Shown here in pieces: positions 24,752 through 36,639 of a stretch of DNA of 64,000 bases; position 1 is the stretch's first letter; each line of letters begins with the position of its first letter. Source of the DNA: Squalus acanthias. Taxonomy: Eukaryota. The notes below the pieces were generated by a model. It made no database searches. It saw only the letters and a list, made by a program, of their open reading frames with translations, and was not told the origin of the DNA. The translations under genes and the position numbers were made by a program. The stretch covers positions 146,384,001-146,448,000 of the forward strand of contig CM059432.1 of the NCBI GenBank assembly GCA_030390025.1, read 5' to 3'.

Positions 24752-25530
24752 GTGGCCTCTATTTATAAAGCCCAGGATCCCACGTGCTTTATTAACTGCT
24801 TTGTTAACCTGTCCTGCAACCTTCAAAGATTTGTGCGCATACACTCCCAGGCCCCTCTCCTTGCACCCGCTTTAAAAGTGTACCATTGTCTCTCCTCATT
24901 CTTCCTACCAAAATGTCTCACCTCACACTTTTCTAAGTTAATTTCATCTGCCATGTGTCTGCCCATTCTAGCAGCCTGTCTATGTCCCCTTGAAGTCTAT
25001 TACTATCTTCCCCAATGTTTACTACACTTCCAAGTTTTGTGTCATCTGCAAATTTCGAAATTGTGCCCTGTACTCCCAAGTCCAAGTCGTTAATCTATAC
25101 CAAAACAGCTAGTACTGAACCATGGGGAACTCCATTGTATACCTCTTTCCAGTCCGAAAATCAGCCATTCACAACAACTCTTGGTTTTCTATCCCTTAGA
25201 CAATGTTGTATCCATGCTGCTACTGCCGCTTTTATCCCATGGGTTTCAAGTTCGCCAATAAACTTAATAAGTGGTACTTTATCAAACGCTTTATGAAAGA
25301 CCATATACACAACATCAACTGCACTGCCCTCATCCAGCCTGTTACCTCATCAAAAAACTCAATGAAGTTAGTCAAACATGATTTGCCCTTAACAAATCCA
25401 TGCTGATTCTTTTTTATTAGTCCATGCTTTCCAAGTGGCTGTTAATTTTCTCCTGGATTATTGTTTCTAAAAGCTTACCACCACCGACATTAAGCTAACT
25501 GGTCTGTAATTGCCAGGGTGTCTCTTCTTC

Positions 25531-26106
25531 TCTTCTCAGGCAGTCCCTCGGAACCGAGGATGACTTGCTTCCACATTAAAAATGAGTTCTCAGGTGACTG
25601 ATGAGTCCAATGTGGGACCTACAGTCTCTGTCACAGACGGTGGTGGAAGGGGCGGGTGGGTAGGGTGCTTGGGTTGACGTGCGCTCCTTGCGCTGTTTGC
25701 GTTTGGCTTCCGCTTGCTCCCGACGAAAAGACTCGAGGTGTTCGGTGCCTTCCCGGATGCTTCTCCTCCACTTTGTGCGGTCTTGGGCCAGGGATTCCCA
25801 GGTGTCGGTGGGGATGTTGCACCTTTTCAAGGAGGCTTTGAGGGTGTCCTTGAAGCGTTTCCTCTGCCCACCTGGGGCTGTCTTGCCGTGTCGGAGCTCC
25901 GAGTAGAGCGCTTGTTTTGGGAGTCTCGTATCGGGCATGCGGATGATGTGGCCCGTCCATCGGAGCTGATCGAGCGTGGTCAAAGCTTCAATTCTGGGGA
26001 TGTTGGCCTGAGCGAGAACACTGACGTTGGTGTGCCTATCCTGCCAATAGATTGGTAGGATCTTGCGGAGGCTGCGTTGGTGGTACCTCTCCAGTGCTTT
26101 GAGGTG
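25531..26106 (-). mobile_element. 5'-truncated RTE-clade (BovB-like) LINE
   Basis: QLRWTGHIIRMPDTRLPKQALYSEL..GGQRKRFKDTLK..CDRDCRSHIGLISHLRTH; flanked by a ~100-bp duplication. Confidence 0.88.
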
Positions 26107-26894
26107 TCCAAGTGGCTGTTAATTTTCTCCCGGATTATTGTTTCTAAAAGCTTCCCCACCACCGACATTAAGCTGACTGGTCTGTAATTGCCAGGTTTAT
26201 CCTTCTTCCTGTTTTTTTGAACAAGGGTGTAACATTTGCAATGCTCCAGTCCTTTGGCACCACCCTTATATCTAAAGAAGATTGGAAGATAGTGGCCACC
26301 ACCTCTGCAATTTCCACCCTTACTTCCCTTCACTGCACCACACTTCACGATACCTCCTTGTCCTCAGACTTACACACTTGTCACTACTGCAATCCCTACT
26401 TCCCCACACCTCACATCTGAAATACTGCATACCAGCTATTCCATCATGATAGGCACATTCTCCTGCAAGAAATTAATGACAGGACTGTCACTTCTTTCTT
26501 GTAGAAGAAGGTTGCCCACAATCTGTGGCTGGAAGCTGCCGCCAGAGGAGGCTGAGCCTGCCCGCACACCCTCTCGCCCCCTCATAGCAAACATGAGTAG
26601 GAGACGAGGCATTTGCCTTGCAGTGAGAATTTAGGTAGGAGGAAAAGTGTGTCGGATTGGGCATTTTAAGCTGAGAAAGAACAAGTGAGATAAGCTTAGA
26701 AGAGCGCTGACCATAATAGTATCAAGAAAATAGGGAGTGTGATGGTGAGAGAAAGAGGTTGGAGGTTAGAAGTGAGGGAGGGATCACTTTATTGGATGAC
26801 AAGCCTTTTCTTGTAGGACCTCAAAATCATGGATGTCCTCATCTCCCTCAGTCTTTCATTTCTCAAACAGGGTAGGCTGTTCCACTTCAGTGGA

Positions 26895-27225
26895 AAAGAA
26901 AGAAAAGAAAGACTTGCATTTATACAGCGCCTTTCATGACCACCGGATGTCTCAAAGCGCTTTACAGCCAACGAAGTACTTTTGAGTGTAGTCACTGTTA
27001 TAATGTAGGAAACGCGGCAGCCAATTTGCGCACAGCAAGCTCCCACAAACAGCAATGTGATAATGACCAGATAATCTGTTTTTGTTATGTTGGCTGAGGG
27101 ATAAATATTGGCCAGGACACCGGGGATAACTCCCCTGCTCTTCTTCGAAATAGTGCCGTGGGATCTTTTACGTCCACCTGAGGGAGCAGACGGGACCTCG
27201 GTTTAACGTCTCATCCGAAAGACGT
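26895..27225 (-). mobile_element. DeuSINE (SacSINE1-like), 5'-truncated
   Basis: Reverse complement of the SINE body and 3' tail at 54950-55250. Confidence 0.85.
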
Positions 27226-27949
27226 TAAAGAATATCAGACAGGGAGTAAAACGGGCTCTGAGTTTGTTACCACCCATTTTGCGCTGCCGCCCAAGACCAA
27301 TTTCACCCCTTAAAAGTGCATCTATGAAGTTTATTTCAGTGAGGAACTAACTTGTTGTAAGACTAGAAATTATGGTGTGCCCATTGAATAAATAGGCTGT
27401 AATGTAATACAAGCACATTAAGCAACCATACATTAATATCACACAACATCGTTTCTCCATTGTCATTTTTGTTTCTTGGGCTAATTAATGTCAAGGATGT
27501 CAGTGCAAAGGAAAAGAATGTTTTTTTCTGCTTTCGTATCCAGTGTTTGTTTTAAGCAATCACAGCTGAGTTACAGTAACCCTTGTGTATTTTAATAAGA
27601 CCACGTTCACAGGTAATCTTTATGCTGGTGATCGCTCCAGCTCTTCAGTAAGAAAAACAAAGCAAAAAGAACCCCACCGGGTTGTCAATCCCCGCAGTGA
27701 GGTGGGCTATGAAGAGACAAGACAGAAAAAGAGGTGGAAGGAAATGGAGGCCCTGAAATTACATTGTGGGATGTTAGAGTACAAACACTTGTCTGAACGT
27801 CTCTCCACTATTTTTGCCTTAAGTGTTAGCCCATTTAAAATAAATGAGCTCATGGGACATTGTTAAGCTAGCACACAGAGAAATTTGACATCAGTGCCTT
27901 AAAATTGAGTAATTGCAGTCCTGTTGTTATGAAGCTGATAAGCACAAGT

Positions 27950-29307
27950 AGTCAGCTGTGGCTCAATGGGTAGCACTGTCTAGGTGGGAGGCGCTAGGAG
28001 TGAGCAGGTGCTGCTGGTTGCCTGATTACTGCAGGGAGTTGGAGTGAGCTTGTAAAAAGGTGGTGGTGGTGTTTTTTTTCAGGTTTCAGGGCCTTTTTGG
28101 CCCATAAACAGTAGCCAGATGGCTGCTGAGGGGTCCGGAGTGCTGGGCCCCTCAGAGGACAGTGTTCCCAAGATGAATTTAATCAGGGGAGAAACTGTTG
28201 TTGGAAGGGAGAAAAAAAGGTCCAAAAGATTTGGGCCGGGATCCTAGGAGGTTTGGAAAAGAAAACACGGTGGTGGTTCAGTGCGAGGATAAGGCGATAC
28301 GAGCTTGGGATATTATCCGGGTGGTACATGAGGACTGCGGCGAGGGAAGCTGCTTTGCCTGCCGACCAAAGCCAAATGTTGGGTTCGAGATGACGGTCAG
28401 TGGCCGAGAGGAGGTGGAAAGACTTTTACTCAGTTTGAAGGTTGGAGATAAGTTCTTGGAGATATCTCTGCTATTTTCGGAAGAGGTGGTGGTCTCATTC
28501 TTAAACTTGCCGGTTTATATTGAGGACGAGGTGCTAATCAAAAAGTTGGAGTTGTGGGACATTAAAATTTGCTCGGCAATAAAGAGGAGATACTATCCAG
28601 GAACACGGGTAGCAGATGGAGCCCGTTACGTAAAGGTAAGGTTCCCAGAGGGGGTGAAGTCATTACCGTACAGCATGAAATTCGAGACAATGGAAGGAGT
28701 GCAGTACTTCCGAATACTGCATGATAACCAAGTGAAGCTTTGTTATTATTGTCTTGGACACGACCATCTTGTAACAAGCTGTCCGGACTTGTACTGTTAT
28801 AATTGCGGCGAGTCTGAACACATCGCTCGGAGCTGCAAGGCGGAGAACTGTGGGGTGTGTCACAAAGGCCCCACCCACTGAGTGTGAGGCAGAAGGAAGC
28901 TCTATGAGTGACGAGGAGATGGGCGAAGGAGCAGGAGGTGTGAGTGGAACGACCGGAGGAGCAGAGCAGTCGGAGGTGCCGTCTTTCGGATGAGACGTTA
29001 AACCGAGGTCCCGTCTGCTCTCTCAGGTGGACGTAAAAGATCCTCATGGCACTATTTCAAAGAAGAGCAGGGGAGTTATCCCTGGTGTCCTGGCCAATAT
29101 TTATCCCTCAATCAACATCACAAAAACAGTTTATCTGGTCATTATCACATTGCTGTTTGTGGGAGCTTGCTGCGCGCAAATTGGCTGCCGCGTTTCCTAC
29201 ATTACAGCAGGGACTCCACTCCAAAAAGTACTTCATTGGCTGTAAAGCACTTTGAGACGTCCAGTGGTCGTGAAAGGCGCTATATACATGCAAGTCTTTC
29301 TTTCTTT
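27950..29307 (+). mobile_element. DeuSINE (SacSINE1-like) interrupted by Tx1 copy 1
   Basis: Head GTCAGCTGTGGCTCAATGGGTAGCACTGTC (to 27980); body resumes ~28969 (GTCGGAGGTGCCGTCTTTCGGATGAGACGTTAAACC) and runs to the (TTTC)n tail. Confidence 0.88.
27981..28970 (+). mobile_element. Tx1/L1-clade retrotransposon copy 1: 5' UTR and ORF1 N-part only
   Basis: ATG at 28119, frameshift ~28225, CCHC knuckles CYYCLGHDHLVTSC and CYNCGESEHIARSC. Highly similar to 30927-31915. Confidence 0.9.
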
Positions 29308-29653
29308 CAAGTGGAGTGCTACTCACTAGCCTGCTTAAGCCAGTACAGATCTTGGTGTCGTTACCAAGAGATGCAACTCAGAGTCACTTTCTTTATAAAT
29401 GAAAAACATCAGTGACACAGAGCAACAACTTCAGCGGTAAAGTACAGTCGAACTGAATCGAAGCACAAAACAGGCTGTTCTTTGCAGCGCATGTGGTGGC
29501 TGCAGCTTACTCATTTTAACCCTGGTTGTGGTTTTTGGTGTGAGGTGATGCCTCAGCTAAGTAGCTGACCTGCAACTGACAATTGTGCACATAGAATTCA
29601 TCCAATCGTTATAGCTCTGATGAAAGTACAGCAGTATTAATTCTAGTATTAAT

Positions 29654-30086
29654 TGAGTAAACTAGGCCTGTATTCTCTTGAATTCAGAAGAATGGGAGGG
29701 GATCTCATTGAAGCATACAAAATTATTACAGGGCTTGATAGGGTGGATGCTGGGAGAATGTTTCCCTTGGCTGGGGAGTCTAGAACCAGGGGCCACAGCC
29801 TCAGGATAAAGGGTAGGCCATTCAGGACTGAGATGAGAAGAAATTTCTTCACGCAGAGGGTGGTGAATCTTTGGAATTCTCTACCCCAGAGGGCTGTGGA
29901 GGCTCAGTCATTGGGTATATTCAAAACAGAAGTCGATAGATTTCTGACTAATAAGGGCATCAAGGGATATGGCGATAGGGCCGGTGAGTGGAGTTGAGGC
30001 AGAAGACCAGCCATGATCTCATTGAATGGCGGAGCAGGCTCGAAGGGCCGAATGGCCGACTCCTGCTCGTATTTCTTATGTTCTTA
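29654..30086 (+). mobile_element. CR1 LINE 3' fragment (young subfamily, near-identical to 45712-46145 on -)
   Basis: LGLYSLEFRRM.GDLIEAYKIITGLDRVDAGRMFPL; TTCTTATG tail. Confidence 0.92.
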
Positions 30087-30244
30087 GTCTGCCACCTTGC
30101 AATCCATTCCTCACTCAATTAGCCCTAGTATTCGAACTCATTGCATGACTGAATTCCCAACAATTTTAATTTCTAGCATCAAAGCATTATGAGTTAAATG
30201 AATCAAACATTTGTGTCTCTAAATATGAGGGCACAGTCACTTCA

Positions 30245-30313
30245 CCTGTTTAAATACTCTTAATTACCCTGTTTAAATACTCTTAATTACCCTGTTTAAA
30301 TACTCTTAATTAC
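30245..30313. repeat. 23-bp tandem repeat, 3 exact copies
   Basis: CCTGTTTAAATACTCTTAATTAC x3. Confidence 0.95.
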
Positions 30314-31062
30314 CTGGGCCACACATTGCAATCAAATTGTGAACGAGGATAGCGATACTTCCATTTCATTCTTTTCAGTGCGATACCAAACCCTGACAGT
30401 GAGTTATTTATTTTTCTTGGTATATGAAAGCTGTTAAATAGCGGAATCACTTATCTCAGCCTCTGAGTGTAGGCAGTTTGCGATGTACATTTAAAGAAAT
30501 ATGTGTGCTTCTTGTGCATATTCTGCTCGAGCCCTGTCATTCAGCTGGCATTGTTGGGAACTAATCTCAATTTGTGTTTACTCCAGATTATAATTAGTCT
30601 TTCTGTTAACAACTACTATTAATCATCCTGGGGAGTTTAATTTAGTCCCTGTTTTAGAGTTGATCCACACCCTTATTATTCGCTAATTATAATGATTTTC
30701 TGATTTGTTGATAATTGAGGGGTCATGACTTGTGCTCATGCTCCAGACTTGCACCTGGGAGTAAATAGTTGAAACTTTGTGGCCCTGGGAGTAAAAATCC
30801 ATTGTTATCTGGTTGGGTAGGGACAGAATTTGGGATGGGACTTGGCAACGCTGAGTCCTTTTCCCTCATCTTTTGGTAGCAAATACATGATCCAGTGTCA
30901 GCTGTGGCTCAGTGGGTAGCACTCTCTAGGTGGGAGGGGCTAGGAGTGAGCAGGTGCTGCTGGTTGCCTGATTACTGCAGGAGTGAGCTTGTAAAAAGTT
31001 GGTGATGGGTTTTTGGCTTTTTTCAGGTTTTAGGGCCTGTTTGGCCCATAAACAGCAGCCAG

Positions 31063-32450
31063 ATGGCTGCTGAGGGGTCTGGAGTGCCGGGCCCCTCAGA
31101 GGACAGTGTTCCCAAGAGGAATTTAATCAGGGGAGAAACTGTGGTTGGAAGGGAGAGAAAAAGGCCCAAAGATTTGGGCTGGGATCCTAGGCGGTTTGGA
31201 AAAGAAAACATGGTGGTGGTTCAGTGCGAGGATAAGGAGATACGAGCTTGGGATATTATCCAGGCGGAACATGAGGACTGCGGCGAGGGAAGCTGCTTTG
31301 CCTGCCGACCAAAGCCGAATGTTGGGTTCGAGGTGACGGTCAGTGGCCGAGAGGAGGTGGAAAGACTTTTACTCAGTTTGAAGGTTGGTGCTAAGTTCTT
31401 GGAGGTATCTCTGCTATATTCAGAAGAGGTGGTGGTCTCATTCTTAAACTTGCCGGTTTATATTGAGGACGATGTGCTAATCAAAAAATGGAGTCGTGGG
31501 ACGTTAAAATTTGCTCGGCAATAAAGAGGAGATACTATCCAGGAACGCGGGTAGCAGATGGAACCCGTTACTTAAAGGTGCGGTTCCCAGAGGGGGTGAA
31601 GTCACTACCGTACAGCATGAAATTCGAGACAATGGAAGGAGTGCAGTACTTCCGAGTACTGCATTATAACCAAGTGAAGGTTTGTTATTATTGTCTTGGA
31701 CATGACCATCTTGTAAGAAACTGTCTGGACTTGTACTGTTACAATTGCGGCGAGTCTGGACACATCGCTCGGAGCTGCAAGGCGGAGAGCTGTGGGGTGT
31801 GTCACAAGGCCCCACCCACTGTGAGTGTGAGGCAGAAGAAGCTCTATGAGTGACGAGGAGATGGGAGAAGGAGCAGGAGGTGTGTGTGGAACGGCCGGAG
31901 GAGCGGAGCAGTCAGAGGACACAGTTGGTGAACTGAAGGAGAAAAGAGCACAGGAAAAGGCAGAAAATTGCGGAGCGGAGAAAAGGATGGAGATGGTGGA
32001 AAACACACCAAGTACAGTGGAAAAGGACAAAGACAGCAGAGGGCAGCACGGGTCGAGGGCAGAGTCGAGCCATAATATGGTTCAGCTCTCCCTAAAGAAT
32101 CTGGTGTCCGCGGGGGGAGAGGAGGCGGGAGCGGGGTGCGTGGTAAATGTAAGTACTCACAGAAAGATGGGGAGTCAGACATCTCGGTGAGCAGGAGGGG
32201 GCAAGACAAGGGGAGGGTGCAAGAGGCAGGAGCCTTAAAGGGGCAGCAGGACTGGAGCAGCGAGACAAAGACACCAGAAGGGAGCAGTATAGGTGCGCCA
32301 TTGTCCCAGAGAGAGAAGGATCAGGGAGCAAGGGTCAGCGGTGGAGATGAAGTCGAAGGGAGCGGCACTGTTGGAGAAACCACGATAACAGGAAGACTCT
32401 CTATGGGAGATGATGTATCTGACTGGGAGCAGCTTATAAAAATAAAGGGG
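31063..32450 (+). pseudogene. Tx1 ORF1 (gag-like, CCHC zinc knuckles), frameshifted
   Basis: VSFLNLPVYIED, VADGTRYLKVRFP, CYYCLGHDHLVRNC, CYNCGESGHIARSC, then a low-complexity charged tail. Confidence 0.85.
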
Positions 32451-32454
32451 ATCG

Positions 32455-34696
32455 AAGGGATCTGAAGAATTGGAGGCCCGTCACATTATTAAATGTGGAT
32501 TATAAGATCTTGGCGAGGGTTATGGCAAATCGTATGAAGGAGGTGTTGCCGCAGATAGTTTTGCCCTCAGTCCTATGGAGTCATAGGCCGGGACATCGCA
32601 GACTCTGTGGTCTCAATCCCGAGATGCGACAGAGCTCATGGAAGAGAGCGGGAGGGAGGCTTATGTATTAAAGATAGACCAAGAGAAAGCCTTTGATAGG
32701 GTCTCTCATGAGTTTTTATTGAAGGTTTTGGAAGCATTTGGTTTCGGGGAAAATTTCATTGAGTGGATAAGGATTTTTTATTCAAACATATTTAGCTGTA
32801 TTAAATGTAATGGTTTTTTATCCAAATATTTTCCGATACAGAGGTCAGTGAGACAGTGTTGTCCCCTGTCCCCATTGTTGTACACATTGGTAGCAGAACC
32901 ATTAGGTTACATGATGCCAAAGAAACAAGGTGTAGTTGGGATTGCGGTTCCCAGTTCCGGGCTGGTGTCGGTGATACACCAATATGCAGATGACACAACC
33001 TTAACATTGAGAAATGAGGAGTCAGTGAGGAAAGCTATGGACGTAGTGGAGGTGTATTGTAGATCTTCAGGAGCCAGAGTGAATTATAGTAAGTCCCAAT
33101 GCCTGGTTGCAGGAAGGGGTAGGGGGGAAGGGTTGGAGGAAAGTCTCTTTAAGGTGGTGGAGGCTTTGGAAGTTCTGGGGGTGCATATGGGGTGCAAGAA
33201 AGACAAGGGATGAAGTGGATCAATTAAATTGGGAACCAAAGGTTATGAAAATTAAAAAGATTTTGGGAAGATGGGAAAGAAGGTGGTTGAAAGTGCAAGG
33301 AAGAGCGACAGTGGTTTCCGCTCTCCTGCTATCTAAGCTATGGTACTTATTGACGGTGGAGGATATTCCTGAGTGGGCGGAAAAGTCCATCCTAGAGGCT
33401 TGTGTGAGGTTTTTATGGGAAGGGAAACCAGCCTTGGTTGCTTACAATACCATCATTGGACGGAGAACTCAGGGAGGATTCAATTTCCCAGATATTGATT
33501 TGAAGAAAAAATCCTTTAGAATCAAATGGGTGAAGAGATTTCTTCAGAAGTCAAATAGAAGTTTTTGGAAGAGTTGTTTTGAGCATTTTTTTAAATGAAA
33601 TGGGATAGGCGGGCAGGGTATATTGTATATGGAATACAATAATATGTTTTTGAAATCGATTAAACCTCTCCCTAGGTTTTATAAGGGGGTTGTAGAGACT
33701 TGGGCCCAATTTTTAAAAAGTGTGCAGTTTATGCCCAAGGGTGCTGAGGAATTTTTAGAACAGCCCTTATTTTTGAACAGGTGGGTCAACATCGAAGGAG
33801 AGGTATTATTTAATCAAGCTTTTATAAAAGCTGGTATTATATGTGTGAAAGATGTATTATATGAGGTAATTCCAGGTTGGTTGCCGGAAGCGATAGTGAG
33901 GGACATGGTGTGGGGGGAGGATCAGGAGGTAGAGGAAAAAGCAATACGGATCATGTATGAGAAGATGCCACAGGATTGGATGGAAGAAATAAATGCGGAA
34001 ATCTCCAAAGGAAGTAAAATGCGTCCCGCTTTTCCAAGCTTTCTGCTGGAGAAAGGGGGAGAGTTGGTCCAATTTGACAACTGTAATACTCGAGATTTCT
34101 ATGAGGTATTTAGAGAATGGAGATTCAAGACACCTGCTGGTCAGGAGTTTTGGCAAAGTATTTACCCACAGCTGGACTTCAACATGATTTGGAAGGGAGT
34201 GTGGGCGAATTTTAAATGTCTTGAGTGGATTGAACTGGATTTCAAATTGGCACATAACCGGATTTTTACCATGACGGTCTTGTGTAAGATTGGACGAGTG
34301 GAGGGGGCAACTTGCCCAGTGTGTGGGACACGGGATGAGACTCTGTCCCATTTACTGGTGTTATGTCCGCAGTTAAATGATTTTAAGTACTATGTTCGAC
34401 AGTTGTGTGAAGTTTTTTTGCTGGGTGGGGACCGAAGAGTGAGAATGGGAATCCCGTGGGACTCAATTTTGAGATGGGGATTGCAGAAGAGTCTGCCTGA
34501 GTCTAGCAGAGCGGCAATTAATTTAATGTTCAGTTTGGCTAGATTCGTGATTGTGCAAAGAAGGAATTCTCTGTTTTTTAAGGGGATGAGACTCAATCTA
34601 AAAGAGTATTTTAAATATAAGCTAAAAGATCATTATAAGGCTCTGTGGATGTTTTATTCAGAAAGGAATTTAAAGATAGTATTTTACAATCAATTT
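32455..34696 (+). pseudogene. Tx1 ORF2 (reverse transcriptase plus C-terminal Zn-binding region), disrupted
   Basis: LKNWRPVTLLNVDYKILA, IDQEKAFDRV, SVRQCCPLSPLLY, QYADD, CPVCGTRDETLSHLLVLC. The last codons are interrupted by the MITE at 34697. Confidence 0.9.
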
Positions 34697-35462
34697 GGGC
34701 CAGAAATTCGGCTGTTGTCGGGTGAGTATGCGCTGTGTACTCACCCGTAAGGCCACCTGAAGTGCCGGTTTCACACAGCACTGCGCATGCGCGGGAAACC
34801 GGAACTTCCGTTCCCCTGAAGGGAGGGGTTCAGAGGTCGAACGCGTGCGCGGGAGAGGCTGCGCGCACGCAGCGAACTTCATTTTTTTTTTCAGGTTTCT
34901 CCGGGAGGGTAAGTATGAAGAAGCTGCACTTTTAAAAAGGAGGCGCAAGGCCTATTTTTAACAAGGTAAGTGGCTAATTAATTACAATTTAAACATTTTT
35001 TCAACAGGTTTTTCTGTTTTAGATACTTTAAAGAAAGGTAAGTTTATTTTTAGCACCGTTAAAAAGTATAATTAATTTTTTCAAAAATTTAAATTTTTGT
35101 TTAAAGTAGTTCATTTATTTAACTTATAGTTATTTTAAAAATGTGATTTTTTTTTTTTTCAATTTATTTGAAGTTTAAGTGTGGTTTTGGGGCCGATCTC
35201 TATTCATAGATTTGACAGGTCTTCCTGTCAAATCTATGAATGAAAATGCCCTGCTCCGATTGGCTCTCCATGGCCCACGTGATCCCAGGGGACGCTTCGA
35301 ACTAACTGCGCCCCTGGGATACACAAGCACTGCGCGCCGGCAGCTGGAGGAGGCCCAGGACCCGAAGTCCTCGTGGGCCCAAAGCACTACTGCAGGCGCA
35401 GTAGGCAAGTATGCGCGCGATGCTTGCACCCGCAGGAAGCCGGAAAGCCGAATTTCTGGCCC
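34697..35462 (+). mobile_element. Non-autonomous Harbinger-type MITE (family A, copy 2)
   Basis: Perfect 17-bp TIR GGGCCAGAAATTCGGCT / AGCCGAATTTCTGGCCC; homologous to 2297-3060. Confidence 0.9.
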
Positions 35463-36639
35463 AATATGTTACGGGAGACAAATTAAACTTCAGGTTTAGA
35501 TGTTAATATGTGGTGGAGGAATGGCTGTGCAGAGTGGTGGAATTGATTTGTATGATACAATGGAATGATCACGATGTTGTAAATGTCCTTAATGTTCAAC
35601 AAAGGATATAATAAAAAAGTGGGTAGCACACTCACCTCTGAGTCAGAAGGTTGTGGGTTTAAGTTCCACTCCAGGGGCTTGTGCACATAAAGCTAGGCTG
35701 ACACTCCAGTGCAGTGCTGAGGGAATGCTGCACTGTCGAAGGTGCCGTCTTTCAGATGAGACGTTAAACCGAGGCCCCGTCTGCCCTCTCGGGTGGACGT
35801 AAAAGATCCCATGGCACTATTTCCAAGAAGAAGAGCAGGGGAGTTATCCCCGGTGTCCTGGGGCCAATATTTCTCCCTCAGCCAACATAACAAAAAACAG
35901 ATTATCTGGTCATTATCGCATTGCTGTTTGTGGGACCTTGCTGTGCGCAAATTGGCTGCTGCATTTCCCACATTACAACAGCGAATCCATTTCAAAAGTA
36001 CTTCATTGACTGTAAAGCGCTTTGAGCCGTCTGGTGGTCATGAAAGGCGCTATAGAAATGCAAGTCTTTTTTACATCCATCCTCAAGTAGGTATTATGAC
36101 ATCATGCAACTGAGGGAAATATATCGCACTATGTAATTCCCTCAATTTACACCCTAACAATGCTGGGTGCCAGGATTTCTTAGTGTCTAGCATTGCTAAG
36201 GACCTGGAAGAGGGTATTTACATTTTAAATAGTTGGCTTACTGATAACTGGCCTCCAGAGAAATTGGCACCATGTTTGAGTTTGTTCTTCTTGGGCTGAC
36301 CGTGCCAGTTTACTTATGCAAGATTGGCTCCACTACTAAATCCCTCTCCCACCCCCCCCCCCCCCCCCCAGCCTCCCCAAGTTGGGGTGGGTACCCTCAT
36401 TGCACTGTTCCTGGCACGGGTGACCATCTGCAATATGCAAACGCCCTTGACCCGAGGATTTGAGATGGGGTGAGAGGCGCATCCATTGGACGGGTGGAAG
36501 TTCCCCAAAAATTTCAGGGTTAATATTTCTGAAGCATATTTATTAGGCCCCAATTAATTTGATGCAAGCAAATTTATCAAGGTTCATTTCATTCCCATAT
36601 CACATTAATTCCCCATTTTACAAAACAGTCAGATGCAAG

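Larger units (their letters stand above)
23316..26330 (-). mobile_element. CR1 LINE interrupted by a MITE and an RTE
   Basis: CATAGAAT tail at 23316; LVRPQLEYCVQFW; DKPGNYRPVSL near 26190. Confidence 0.88.
30927..35618 (+). mobile_element. Tx1/L1-clade non-LTR retrotransposon copy 2, both ends present, endonuclease region deleted
   Basis: 5' end matches copy 1; ORF1 with CCHC knuckles; ORF2 RT and C-terminal Zn motif; AATAAA plus short poly(A) at 35610-35618; TSD GTGGGTAGCAC(T/A)CTC. Confidence 0.92.
30894..36072 (+). mobile_element. DeuSINE (SacSINE1-like) interrupted by Tx1 copy 2
   Basis: Head 30894-30926 and remainder 35619-36072 together match the uninterrupted copy at 54803-55250. Confidence 0.9.

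Noticed and set aside
27585..27866. 93-aa ORF / minus-strand acceptor near 27708 as a host exon
   Set aside because: No recognisable homology; all frames after the acceptor close quickly.
27950..31920. Simple tandem/segmental duplication explaining the two Tx1 copies
   Set aside because: Similarity stops at the SINE 5' boundary, the 3' flanks differ and the SINE bodies differ. Not fully excluded without genome-wide data.
33623..34750. 375-aa ORF as a standalone gene
   Set aside because: It is the C-terminal part of Tx1 ORF2 after a stop, ending inside the MITE.
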